NCBI GenBank assembly: GCA_013239625.1
Contig: MU054187.1
Span: forward strand, 14,604,974-14,668,973
Direction of reading: 5' to 3'
Length of the DNA stretch: 64,000 bases
Origin: Lama guanicoe
Taxonomy: Eukaryota
In this document: positions 12,125 through 25,190 of the stretch, piece after piece
Layout: each line of letters begins with the position of its first letter
Numbering within the stretch: position 1 is the first letter of the stretch
Position numbers and translations under genes: made by a program
The notes under the pieces: model-generated
Seen by the model: the letters and a program-made list of their open reading frames with translations, nothing else
Databases searched by the model: none
Told to the model about the DNA's origin: nothing

Positions 12125-15100
12125 AAAAAATCAATGACAACTGCTTTATTATTAAAAGTTACTGAATTCCATAGAGCACACAATGTAATTCATATTCAAC
12201 TAACAAAAGTTTGATACATGTATTTAAAAATATATAATATAGATTTATCTGTCAACATTTATATACTATTTAAAAAGCAGTAGCTTTACACATTTTACAA
12301 CTTGATTTTATAAAATATATACATCCACCCTATGCAAATCTTCAAGCAAATCTTCAAGCATGAGCTTCCATTCCTATTAATAAAATGCACAATCTGTATT
12401 TCCAAATATTGAGAGAAAAATGGTACCAACTAAAAATAACAAATCCATTGTGACTTCAACATGCATCTAATTCTTGGCTACTAGATAACTGACCTAATTA
12501 TCTATTCAAATAATTATTTTACCTTGAGACTGACAACTAAATTGTATTATGTATTATGTGAACAACCTGTAGTTAACTATGAAGAGGCTTGCATTCTGAC
12601 ACAATCTATGAAATTCCTTATTCGTCATCAGGTTTTTAAATTAGAGAGGCAGGATTTCTCAATTATCTGCTGTACCAGGAAATCGGACAGGTGAAGTCAC
12701 ACCTAACAAGCCAAAGCCGGTGAGCTTTGAAACCATGCTTTTTTGCCTTTGAGGGGCAAACTTTTTTCAAAACACTGACAGTGTATGTGCCAAGAAATAG
12801 AACAAGAACAGTGTCTCCTTTCCCCAGTCGACTGCACTCAACTTGCAAAATTCTAGTTCTCTAAGTATATGAAAGATACATTGGCTTCTATTCAGACTTT
12901 TCTTCCACATATTCAAAATGGCTTTCAGATATTACACTGTTGTAGTAACGGAAAATTTTCATAAAAAAAGATTCTCATGTAATAATGTTGGAGATTCATC
13001 CCCAATTATAAGTCCCAATACTAACACCTGAAAATTAAAATCACAATAAACACCTCAATTAGCAGGACCACAGTCAAAAGCAGAACTTCAACTTGAAGAC
13101 AGAGATCTAAGTCTGAAGTACATGTCTAGATTTCATGGGCCTCTACTGATAATGATGCACATCACCCTGACTTTAAATTAATGCACAATTTATGCTGAGA
13201 AAGCAGAAGTCTCCCACAAATTATTATTAAAAAAAATAGTTCCAAATCTCAAACTAGCTTAGAAACTTACATGGAAAAAAAAAACAAACAAAAAACTCCA
13301 CTTTCACCAAAACAAGTAATTGAATTCATTTGGGCAATAATTAGGCTTGGGAGAGTCACAGAAGTAACAAAAGGCCTAAAAGTAAACAAAATCCTCTCAA
13401 TATCAGTATTTTAAGAACTAAATTACAGCTAACAACAGCTTATTTATCAAGTAGTCAATTATTCAACAAATTTAGCCATTTACTGATGGACTAAATTAGG
13501 TATCAGAAATTCTTTATTTGTAGGATGGAATCTTTTTATTTAAAAAATTTTTCTGACATAATTTTAATAATCCTTCTCTGGATTCCCTAAACTCAAGAAA
13601 GAGAAAGGGATGGGAAAGGGAAGAAAGGGCAGAGGGGAGAAAAACCCGTGAGTCAGAAGATTGACATACTGGGTATCTGTGAGGAGACAGGAAGGAAGAA
13701 AAATAAGGGAGAGAAAAAAACAAAAACAAACAAAAGACTGCAAAGAGGATTAGGGCCAGTTGGCACAGATTAAAAGACACCTTCCTCACAGATCTTAATC
13801 AAGCAAAGGCATTAGCGTAACAGAACAGTGCTGTAGCTGATTCTGACAGCAATGACTCCTCAGATCTTTTTGAAAATCAACTTATATACACAATTAGAAA
13901 TCTTAAGTATTTAGCTAAAATATGTACAAAAAAAACTAAATAAAAGTGAGATCAAGAAATATAAGCAGCAAAGTAACCATAAAGGCTTAGAACTAGTGAC
14001 ACTGAATTCTTTATTTAAAAAAAAATTTTTTTAAACACACAGGACCTCCTCTTCTATTTTTAGGAAGAAGCTTTAACAAGTTTTAAATATCTCAATTCTC
14101 AAAAACAATAGGCTTTTAAAAAAATAAGACTTGATTACCAAAAACAAGTAATATGTGGTTACATACCATTTTCGTATCATTACTCAGATCCATTATTTGT
14201 CAATTCACTTGATGCAATCTGGGAACAATTAAGCAGTCACTAGATATCTGTTTTAGAATCTGAAGAAGTTATTATCCACCATGGGAATCTAATGACATAT
14301 ATTTTTGCAAATAGTTAAAGTTTCAGAAGGGAAAAATAATAAACTATCCTAGTTACTTTATACCAAAAATTTAATTTATATACCTAGTCAAAACAATAAG
14401 AATTAAGATCTTTCTCCAGATGAACTGTATATAAAAGCTATTTTTACCATTTTCTTCTGGGGATTTAAAAAAGCCTCATTTCCCTGCTAGCTAAAAAGGA
14501 GGAATTTGTATATTACAAGTAAGTCCCTTTAGAGATGAATATTAAATTCCTTAAGATCTTAACAGCCATAAAATTTATTTTTAAAAATTTACCTTAAAAA
14601 AACTGAAAACCATTTCTCTCTTTAAAATCTATGGCATTAATTACTACTTGACATAATTTTTTTTTGAAAGGGCAGCAAGTTCATGATCTAATAAGCATGC
14701 AAAATAAGGAACTGAATGTATCGCTGCTTGTACAGAATTTGGCAAACCAGAAGAATGGCCTTAAAATAAATAAATAAATAAATAAAAAAGAAAAGAATAC
14801 ATATTGTCTAAATACGAAGGTATAATTCTGTAGGCCTATGTGGCAGACAGGGACCCATGGAGGGACTGCAGGGAAGAGGGAAGTAGCATGTTCCTATGTA
14901 CACTTTCTTGCTACTCTGGTTGTCATTCAACAACATGCTACAGAGAAATAGTCTTTTTATTATTACAAAGCCATTAACTGCCCTCACTAGAGCAATGACT
15001 CAGGTAAACATCTTATGTCTTTTAATAATGTAACTTACATTTAAAATTAACTTAATTAAATCTAAGTGCACAGGCATTTTCAATGACTCCTAAGTTCAAG

Positions 15101-17548
15101 GAAGTAACACATAAGGTGTTATCTGATTGCAAATTCTGAATGGTTGGTGCTTCTATATTTTAGGATATTTCATCCCATTTTCTTCTCCTTTAACCATAAA
15201 ATGTACCAAAATTATTTGGTTTTCCTTTACTTTCCTCTGCGTCATTTTAATTTATTGTATGGTATCTCTATGTAGAGAGAGGTATGTTAAAATACTATTA
15301 TTCATATTAAAAAATTCATTGAGGCTATATATGATCTATTAATCTATACTATAGCATTGTTAATCTTTGACCTGGTATATTATTTCCTTTGGTGAATAAA
15401 TGTCACAGGTCATTTCTTTATAAAAGGATTTTAGTAACAGGACCAGCAGTATGGGGGGAGATGCCCCACTCCCACCCCAGAAAATGATCAAGTCAATCAG
15501 TAGTTTAGAGCAGTTATGTAAAATATGAAAAATACATAATTTATAGCTGCAGTTTTCATATTAAAAAGCAGTTAAAAACTATAAGTAGTTTAAAGCACTC
15601 CAAAAAACATTTTCTGTCTTGGTTAAATTGGCCAACTAATAAGACTGAGAGAGATGAGAACCCATGTATGTCTAGTCAAGATAGAACAAAATGCTTTTGA
15701 TTTTAAACAGTGGTAGCTGCTAACTAGCAGTATAAACAGTGTCCACAATTTGGTGGCTGGCCACAGTTTAAGATTTTTTTCAAGTTATTTCTACAGCAGA
15801 CATATTTTTGAAGTCTACCCACCCCTGAGTTCAGCAGTTATACTTTGAGTGTAAAATTATATGCCCTTAATTAACAACATGTACAAAGCTACAAAATGTC
15901 ATCTATACAGAGATTAAAAACAATTTTTAAAATATTCTCTGCCAATTACCGATTGGATGGTTTTGCTGGGGTACATATTTCAAACCTTTTAGCCAACTGG
16001 CTTTTACTTTTAAGCCCAAATTGCTTCATATATTCACTGTAGGATATGTCAAAAAGAGTGCAACAACAGGCATTAGTAAAAATAACATTGTAGTAGAAAC
16101 AGACTTTGCATATGTGAAAAGGTAATTTATAAAATACATTAATCGCCTTTTAAAAAGAGAACCGAGTTGCAGTATTATTAACTTACATGGTACTGAGAAT
16201 TGGACCTTTCAGCATTTTTTTCTATAGAAAATTTTTATCTAGCTGTAAGCAAACTCTTAAATAAAACAAAGCAAAACAAAACAAATCCCTCCAGAAAAAA
16301 AAAGTAAGTATGGTTGTGTGAGACAAATAAGCAAACATACCATTCTACAGTGTACTTCTGCCTAAATTTTAAAATAAAAATGTCCACACTCTTTTGTTAA
16401 AACATTAAGCCTCTGTCAAAAATGTATTTCTTATTTTAGGGTACAGGATTGAAGGACAAGATGATACTTACAAATAAAGAAAATTTACAAGAAAAAACTT
16501 GACAAAAGTTTTTCAATTAAAGTATTATAACATTCAAACTTGACTTAAAACATAACAAAAGAAATAAAATTGCAAACAAAAATGTTTATGGATTTTCCAA
16601 ACATAAATAAACGAAATAGTGTTTAGGCAGTAGGGCTCATGCTGATGGCTAGCAGGAAGTAACAGAGTGTAATCTACTTGGAAAAAATCGTTAATGTACA
16701 AATAACAAGCCCAAATGAGGGACTGCAGCAGTTTAATCATCACTGCCATTCTTCTTACTTCCAAAATAAAGCCTTGATTAAACCATTCAAACCCTATATT
16801 ACTCATACCTTTACTTCAGAGATTAAGGAACTATATACAACAAATGAATTTATTTTCACCATAGGGATAACATATTGTACCTCTCTGCCAATATTACTTG
16901 AAAACTGTCCATGTCAAAACAACTTGACAGCAGATATAAACAATTCAATAAATACGCAAGGATCTTTCATTACAGTCCTTTAAAGACGCATGTTAATTCA
17001 TGCTGTTAACCTTAGGTTCACAGTGCATAGAATCCAAATATAAACAGTTGGGGTGACTTTCAAAGTAATGTTGAAATCCCTCACTTTATTTATAATCCCA
17101 CTCAAACCGATAAGTTCATTTCATAGGCCCTATCATGCATTAATCATTGGGTGGCAGGAGTTAATGAAAATTTTTCCTTTTACAACGTCCATTGCCGGCA
17201 ATGAACGTCCCAAAACCGCCAAGGAAGTCATTGTTATTGCACAATACATGAGGACCTGGAACTTTTCCAAAAGCTTAAAAAAATAAAAATAAAAAATGGA
17301 ATTATATTTGACATTTCCTGACACCTGCATTAATACTGTATGACTAATAAAAGCATGTCAGTTGCCTGGACTGAACCAGCGATCAACATGCGCCCAGAAT
17401 GCACACGAGTAAAAATGCAGTAAAAGGAAGTAGTCTTCATTGCCTATAGGTCACTTCCAGTCAAAGGTTAAAGTTCAAAGACTGAATGATCAAAGTGCTC
17501 ATTTTCTCAGTAGGACTATCTTCTGCTAGGAGGATGATAACAGTGGCA
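12125..17548 (-). other. UBE2W: Long 3' UTR of UBE2W; distal end approximate
   Basis: About 5.4 kb after the stop, AU-rich and lacking recognisable interspersed repeats. AATAAA on the minus strand at 17085-17090, 16849-16854, 14956-14961, 14010-14015, 13513-13518 and 12145-12150. Confidence 0.65.
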
Positions 17549-17562
17549 TCAACAAGTATCAT
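17549..17562 (-). CDS. UBE2W: UBE2W coding exon 6 (D-D-T-C-stop), start of terminal exon
   Basis: Pyrimidine tract then cttaaag|AT GAT ACT TGT TGA. Completes 456 nt, i.e. 151 aa plus stop. Confidence 0.95.
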
Positions 17563-19149
17563 CTTTAAGAAAAGGAGAAAAAAGATAATTAAAAAAGTCA
17601 AGCATGCATAAGGAAAATCTACAAGTTAGTCTAATACAGAAATAATTTTAAGTAGCAAGAAGAACATGGTTTACAATTCTGACTTGTCTCCCCAGATCCC
17701 TACAATAAAAAATCCAATTTGTGTTCAAGTATATAGTAACAAACAAATCAAGTTCTATTCTTTCAGGGAAATGGTAGTTGATACAAATTTTAAAGTAATA
17801 TTAGTAGTAGTATGTTAGTTCTGCTTAAAATAATAAATTTATATATGTTAGCATATATTCAGAATTTATCAGTCATAAGAGAATTATTTATGGGCAACAA
17901 TTTAAAAATATAATGAGACAGAAAGTAAACTCATGACTAGCACTGCCATGCTAATTAATGCAGAATACAAGTCATGTCTTCAAGTCTTTGAAGGAAGTAA
18001 CGCCATAAATGAGTACAATCTCTAAATCAATCAACAGTAAGTATTAATCTCTCTTCAGAAAATAAAATTTTCAGCAAGTATACTACATACATATGCAAAG
18101 GAGGTCATTAAAAAATTCCACAGAAATGTAGTAACACCTTTTCATAGCCTCAACACATTCATGTAACATAATTTTGGGGGTTCATTAACTTTTTTTTTTT
18201 AACAGAATTTATTTCACAAAACATATCTGAAGGATTTTGAGGATGGGTTATTCTTCAGAAAGAGTCTTTTGAAAGAAGCAAGATTAGTGGCAACTACCCA
18301 AAAGTTGTGAAAGCTTTCAAGGAGAAAATTCTGAAAAATTGGCCAAAATATTTTACACAAACTGTCCCATGTTAGGATCGATATATTGCTAATAAAATTC
18401 TCATTCATAATGACTCAATGAGAGCTAAAAAGCAGTAAATCTGACTTCCATGCTGGGTAAGTTAGTGGAACATTCCACAATACTGTACTTTAAAGGTAAT
18501 CTAAAGAGTGAAACAGACTAAACTTAAAAAATAAATCCTATATAAATCATTAAAATCCTTTAAATAAATAAGAACATCTTTAAGAAGAGAACAAGTAAAC
18601 AATTTACAGGCTCTAAGTGTCCCATTGAAGTATCTGTTTCTTAAATAATTGTGGCTCTTGGAATAAAGAGGATACATTTGTCACAGATCAGAATAAACTT
18701 AAGGATATGAAAAGTTCCCTTAAAACATCACTTCTCCAAGAGACTATTTTATAACACTATAGTCTTCGAAATTAATACTAAATCTAATCACATTTAAATC
18801 TCTAAGTTAAGAGATGGCACTGAACTCCACTTATTATGTCAAACTACTAGGGATAAACTTTAGTGTTGTATCACATGACAATGTATACAATAAGAGAAGT
18901 GACAGATAATATCCAACTTGAACATAATGTTATCTAGTTAACTATCAATAAGCTTTTATCTCCAAAGACATATCATCTTTGATAAGTGGTACCATAAATG
19001 TATCTCTATCAGGTTGTTTATTCTGCAAGGTTATCAATACAGGTATGAATGTGCTACCAACCACCAAAACGATTAGGGGATTCATGAGAAGCTATTCTTC
19101 CCATCCCAATCCCCACCTTGGGTCAGATGTTAAAAGAAATTTAGGTCTA

Positions 19150-21150
19150 ATATACTACCTGCTCTGAATCCTCTATCTTTTGAGAAATACATAAGTTCTA
19201 AAGATGAATTTCAATTATCTCTGATAGCTGGACCCACAGGGAATGAAACATTACATATCCATAATGGCTATACATAATAAAGAATCTATGGGTCATAGTT
19301 CAGTATGGAGACAGGTATGAGCCAAACCCATAACCATCTTTTCCTAATAAGAAGGGCATCACTAAGAAGCAAAAAACACACTTGTTAGCAAAAGTAACAC
19401 AGTTTCCTAGTTATAAAAAAAATTACTGGATACTAGGACTGGCTTCCAAAAAAAAAAAGTCATTAGAGTAAACCTATCTTGGATCAAGAAAAATATAGGT
19501 CTATAAAAGGTGGTGAAAGAACGCAATATATTTAACCTCTTGGCTAAAGTATTTGTGGCAAGATGATGACCTAAAAAAAAAATCTCATATTAACCACTTA
19601 AATTTTTTCTGGAACTGCAGAAGACCCTACTAAAATTATACCCTTAAATATAATATATAAATTACCAGTTCCAAAGAGGTGACATCTACCATGGCTAATT
19701 TCATGAGGCTTCTGGGAAATGTGAATGAGAGAGAACTGTATTAGAAGAAGGTCATTTAATTTTCCCCCAAAGTATAAGAACCATCAAATTATATTGGAAA
19801 GCATCTCCCTGGATATTCCCAGGGACAGAAGACTAGAAGAAAAGGAACACAGCAAGAGGTCAGGAGATATGAAGTAGGATGCTACCTTCAAGAAAGATAC
19901 AAATAAATTTTTACAGTTAGGTTTGTGTCTCAACAGTTTAGGGAATTAAAATTTTCCTTTGATAAACCAATTCATGAAAGATTACATAGTAGAAACAGAA
20001 TTGTTATCCTGCAGGAAATAAAGGGCAAGGACTGTAAAAGTGCAAGTTTGGACTCAGGAATTTAGAAGACGGTTTTGTAATCCTAAAAAGTAGTACAAAG
20101 AAAAAGGCTCACAATGTAGGTAAACCTATGGACAGTTATTAGGCAGGGAGAAAAGGAGTTTGTTAATAGGAGTCTGAAATAATTTGGTGTTCCTATCCAT
20201 TTATAATCCTTGTAATTCTACAGGCTATGTTCACTAAATGGAACCAGAATGTGGTCTATAGTTTTGTAAAAAAAAGATATTCATCTACTTCTCCCAAAAT
20301 TACAATCTCCTCAGTTTATTGGACATGATATCTAAACATTATGTCAATTTAGTTCCTGTAAGCCTAGTTTTCTGGAGCCAATACTTAATAGCTATCTTAA
20401 ACTATATTGTTCAATTCTCTACCACCTTAAGGAAAATGCTTCAGGACCCACAGATCTGTACTCTCACCTGTGAAAAGCAATAGTTTATGAAACTAAGTTG
20501 TATATTGATCCCAGGAAACAGATGGATATTATTAATGGACTCTAGTTGGCTATCTCTTTGAAATATTTTTACAATCTCATAAAGATACTTTTTATATTTT
20601 TCAAGAAAAATTATGTCTACTTCATGATCCATAACTCTGAGCCTCAATCATTCATTAATTTGTGCACTGAACTGGATACAGATCTACTTTCTAAGGAAGA
20701 TTCTAGCCCTGAATCATAGGTACATTCCTTGGCCCTTTCATATGCTGAGATGAGTTGTCTTATTCAAATACCTATTTTGGTTAGGTCTCTTTATTTTTTA
20801 ACCCTATTCTCAGTTCAACTAATTTTTCAAACCATATGGACCCCCACCCTTAATTGACAACACAGAATATTTGCATTCCATTGCAGATATGCTCATAATT
20901 CCTTAGTGAATAGAAATGATAAAAGAGTTCTGGACAACAGGTTGATAGCCAACTTCAAGTGATTAACAACAAGGAACATGTATTCACATACCAGTGACTT
21001 TTTACACTTTAGTAAGTGATTGCGTGCTAGAGAGGAACCTCAAAAGAAACGCAGTATGAGGTGTGATGTATACAAAAACAGTAATAGGGTAGCAGTGACT
21101 GGCCTAATTCTCAAGGTATACTAATAATGTGTAAGGCAATTTTAAACTCA
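19150..21150 (+). mobile_element. Possible highly decayed CR1/L3-like non-LTR retroelement
   Basis: Faint motifs in the expected order: 19201-19231 (GDFNYPDICW-like endonuclease), about 20500-20550 (VD..YLDF-like), 20780-20800 (LGP.LF-like), 20881-20891 (ADD-like). No open frame. Confidence 0.3.
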
Positions 21151-22403
21151 AAAAGAGAGGCCTTTTTTTCCCCCCAAGGACCCAACACTGGTATTTGGTA
21201 GCTCAATTTTGATGTGTCAGCTAAGTTCTCCTCTTCTAAAACCAGGAGATCAACCCAGCTTCAGATTTGTCATTAGTAGTGCCTCCATCCCTGCATCCTG
21301 GAAGCCCCCTCTGAAGTACACAGATATCACTAATCTACACCAAAACCTCTCTTGCCCCATTGATTATACCTGGCAAACATTCTGACCCATGCTGACCTAA
21401 GTTATGTTGGTTAGCACCACACAGAAGGGCTGTGGAGCTTGATACCCGAGGCCTACAATTTTGCTTGGTTTCTAGAAACAGAAGTGTCACGTGTTTCAGT
21501 GAGTTCTTCCAGCTGCAAGCAAGTCTTTGTTCAGCCTCTGACCTTTTTGTTTAGCTTTACAGGTCACATCAGGACCCTGACCTGACCTTGTAATCCTTTC
21601 AGAATTAGATGATGTTAAGAAAACACAAGAGTCCATACTTCTTGGTAACTGATATTACAAGGAGAACATAATCAGTGAGTATCTTTTGGAACTAAAGCAG
21701 ATAAGCAGAAAAAACTTAAGCTAAAATTTCAAAAGCTCCAGAACAAAGCTGACATGATTCTGCTTTACAAGTATGGTTACCTTTTCGATAAGCTTTTCCA
21801 ATTTCAACTATAATGCCAAGGTGGGCCATTTTTATGGCAGTTATATTCCTTATAACTGTTATTGTGAAACGTATAAAGGAGAAGGCAAAATATGCAACAC
21901 AGCTGAAATGCTTTAGCTTTTTAAAGGAAAAGTTCAAGGAAGCGACCCTGTACCCAACTACCTGTCTGACAGAGCAGATGCTTTATCATCTCAAAGTATA
22001 ACTAATATTAACCTTCCCTGATTTCAGATGAGGCTCACTCACAGAGCAAAACCGCCCATTTAAGGGAGAATGCAGGAGAAGAATGATTCAGGCATTCAGG
22101 GTTCAAGGAGGAGCAGAAAACATACCGCATAAGAATGTCACTGTAAGTCAATGAACTGAGGATGTTTTAGATGGAATTATCTGCATGTGAAAAAAAAAAA
22201 GTATCTACACCTGGCAAAGGAAACTAAACAAGGATAGCTGTGATTTAGCTGAATTAGAATTAGGGGCTTTTTAAAACTGGCTAATTTGTATTGGGGGGGG
22301 GGATACTTTAAACCTGTTCATTGGGAAAATGAATTCCTACACAAACCCTGTACTGTTTAACACTAAGTAAGAGGTTAATTTAGTCTGAAAAGCCTCTTTT
22401 CTT

Positions 22404-22526
22404 TTTTTTTTTAAATTTTGTTTCAGTGATTTTTTTTTAATGGAGGTGCTGAGGATTGAACCCAGGATCTCTTGCACACTAAGCATGTGCTCTACCACTG
22501 AGCTATATCCTCCCCCCTTGCCCCCC
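22404..22526 (-). mobile_element. Short tRNA-derived SINE (Vic-1-like) with 14-bp TSD
   Basis: Reverse complement has 'atatagctcagtggtagagcacatgcttag...ctgggttcaatcc' and an A tail; AAGCCTCTTTTCTT at 22390-22403 and 22527-22540. Confidence 0.9.
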
Positions 22527-23230
22527 AAGCCTCTTTTCTTAGTACTTCTTGGCTAACTTGGAGATGATCCATCTTCAAACTATAAAAAGGACTTTTCTAT
22601 TTCAGTTATAAAAGTATGGATTTCTCAGTAACAGATAAAACTATTAACTCTATGAAAAATACTTTATTTTAAAGAATTTTTATATTCCTAGTTTTACTAT
22701 GTATTATTTCCTCAATTTTTATTCAAAAGCAGGTAATAAATTCTAAAAGTATTCTTAAGTAAAGGACTTTTCATAATTCCTTTCAACTATATAAGGTGCC
22801 TTATCTTTTTGAAATTCCCCTACCAGAGACTAAGGAAGGGGAAAATGGGAATATACTGTCTAACAGTGGGGTGGGGTGGAGTGGCAGAGAGGATTGTACA
22901 CTTTCAAAATAAACACATTTAAAAAATTTTTTGTCACTAAGATAATTTCTTCTGAAAGTTAGCCAAATAAGTGGTTTAAGAACACTGTGGAAAAGACAAT
23001 GGAGGAATTTTTCTATTATTAGTGAGGTTGGGGCTGAAATAGAATGATTATGATCTTGGGTACTTTGACATTAAAAAAAATGTTTGACTTAGTTGTGTTT
23101 GTCAACATTCTTCATTGACTAATCTTAATTTCTGATGAAACTGAGAACTTATGCTGAGGTAAAGGGGCTGTGACACTCAAGGAATGTTTTTTTATTTTTG
23201 ATAAGGTCCTTTTTAAAGGTAGAGAGGGAA

Positions 23231-23295
23231 TGTGCTGAACACTGGAATTTGACACAACATTGTAAAATGATTATAAATCAATAAAAAAAAAAAGG
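23231..23295 (+). mobile_element. Extremely 5'-truncated young L1 3' end with 13-bp TSD
   Basis: 'tgtgctgaacactggaatttgacacaacattgtaaaatgattataaatcaataaaaaaaaaaa'; GGTAGAGAGGGAA at 23218-23230 and 23296-23308. Confidence 0.8.
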
Positions 23296-23679
23296 GGTAG
23301 AGAGGGAAGAGACAGCATAGTGTGTAGTCCTAAAAGGCAAGAGGATGCAAAAGAATGAGAAGCCAGGAATATAAACTGAAGGGCCATTTAATAAAAGTAG
23401 CACCTTGTTTAGTTTTAGTGGACCTTCAGTGTTCACAAAGAATTCCCATCGGAAACCTGTCCTTTTATATCTAAGAATCCCTGAAACAGTAGTTATCAAG
23501 GGACTAGCTGTATCAGAACTATCTGGGGATAACTTAAAAAGTAAAACAAAACCAGCATTCTGGGCACAATAATAAAGTTTATTAGAGTCCTTAAAGGAAA
23601 GAGCAATCAGAAAGGCTTTGGTGAAAGAGTTCCCAAGAGAGTTCTACTATTACTCTTAAAAAAAAAAAAAAAAAAACTT

Positions 23680-24270
23680 AATTCAACCCACATGCAATAT
23701 TTTCTATATGAAGTAAAAAGGTAATTTTTCTTTCCCAAAATGGTTGCCAATTTTCTAACAGGATTACTTATTAAATAATTTCTCCCCTTCTCACTGATTT
23801 GTGACACAGATTTATCACATATTCAAATCTCATACACAAAAAGACCTAGAAAAGTGTAATTCTATTTCAGTGTCTATTCTTGCATTATTATCTTTTGGTG
23901 TTTGGTACACTTATTCTCCATTATCCTTCAATTCAAACTACTCCTCCCATTTTTTCCCTAAACTTTTCAAACACCCATTCATCATCACTCCACTGAATTT
24001 TTACTGAATTACATTAAACCTGTAATTTATAAAGAGTATACTTTTTTTTTAAATAATACTGGTTTCTCATAAAAGTATCTCTATTTTTTCAAAGCTCTTA
24101 AAAGTTTCATTATTTCTTCTTCTGGGTCATCTATATTTCTCATTAACATTACCCCAAATACTCATATTTCTGTGGCTTTCAGGAAAGGCATTCTTTTCTC
24201 ACTGTGTTTTCCAACTTACAACTGCTGGTATAGAGGCAGTGGACTGATTCTAGTCATCTTTTATCTCAAC
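23680..24270 (-). mobile_element. Very old L1ME-like fragment
   Basis: 'cccaaaatggttgccaatttt...ttattaaataatttctccccttctcactgatttg' resembles antisense L1 ORF2. Confidence 0.5.
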
Positions 24271-25114
24271 ACTTAAGAGAACTCTTAGAATTCAAGTTTT
24301 TAATGAACTCAAATTAATTGAGGTAACAGAAGGTTTCACACTGGATAGAAAGGTAAGGAGGAAAGGCTATATTCCTACTAAGTAGTTCTGTCAGTTCTAA
24401 TTTCTCTTTAGAATAACATTTACGAAAAGGAAAACAAAAGAAATACTCATGTATATAAAAATCGCAGGGAGCAGTTTTTCTTCACTGACCTTCAGTGACC
24501 TTACATACTGAGGAATGTACACTTTTTGTTTTTAATTTCAAATACCCCTTTGGGGAAGCAGTAAGGTCAGTTTAGAAAAGATGCTGGCATCTTTCAATTA
24601 TAAAGGTACAAGCACCCTCCCAACAAAAATAAGAGAACTTACAATATTGAGAATAATGTGTTCATAAAGCTACAACCAGCAGAACCTCAATCTTTTTTGA
24701 GGAATAACTATTAGAATAGTCAATGGGTCATCGCTGACAATGTGAAGCCCTACCCTAAGAACAGTGCCACAGCTAAATGAATACATAAGGCGTCATAACT
24801 TCTACTTCAAATAACAGGTTTCCCAATAGCTCGTTCTAGTTTGATCTAAAAATATTAAGGACTTTTATTTTGTAATAAAATGGTAGAACAAAATTTTAAA
24901 GCAATCTTAGATTTTACTTGCATGATGGTCATGATTGTATGTGCCCCATTAAAAATCTAGTCCAACTTATCTTAAAATGTCTTAAAAGATTTGTCTCCAT
25001 ATTATAAAAAATACAACATCAATTATATATTTCCTCTTTTTCCCAAGCAAGCAGATACATAATCTTTCAAATCAAAATACTAGAAAGTTATCATTCTAAA
25101 ATAAAACTGCTTAC

Positions 25115-25190
25115 CATGATACCACCATTTTGTTTTCTTTGGATTCTTGTTACATGTTCGAACATAAAAAGAATTATCTGGTGGTCGTCT
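25115..25190 (-). CDS. UBE2W: UBE2W coding exon 5 (RRPPDNSFYVRTCNKNPKKTKWWYH + split D)
   Basis: ggtttcag|AGACGACCA...TATCATG|gtaagc; 76 nt; matches the known UBE2W C-terminal region. Confidence 0.97.

Noticed and set aside
12334..12360. 12-bp tandem duplication GCAAATCTTCAA in the 3' UTR
   Set aside because: Ordinary slippage duplication with no evident function.
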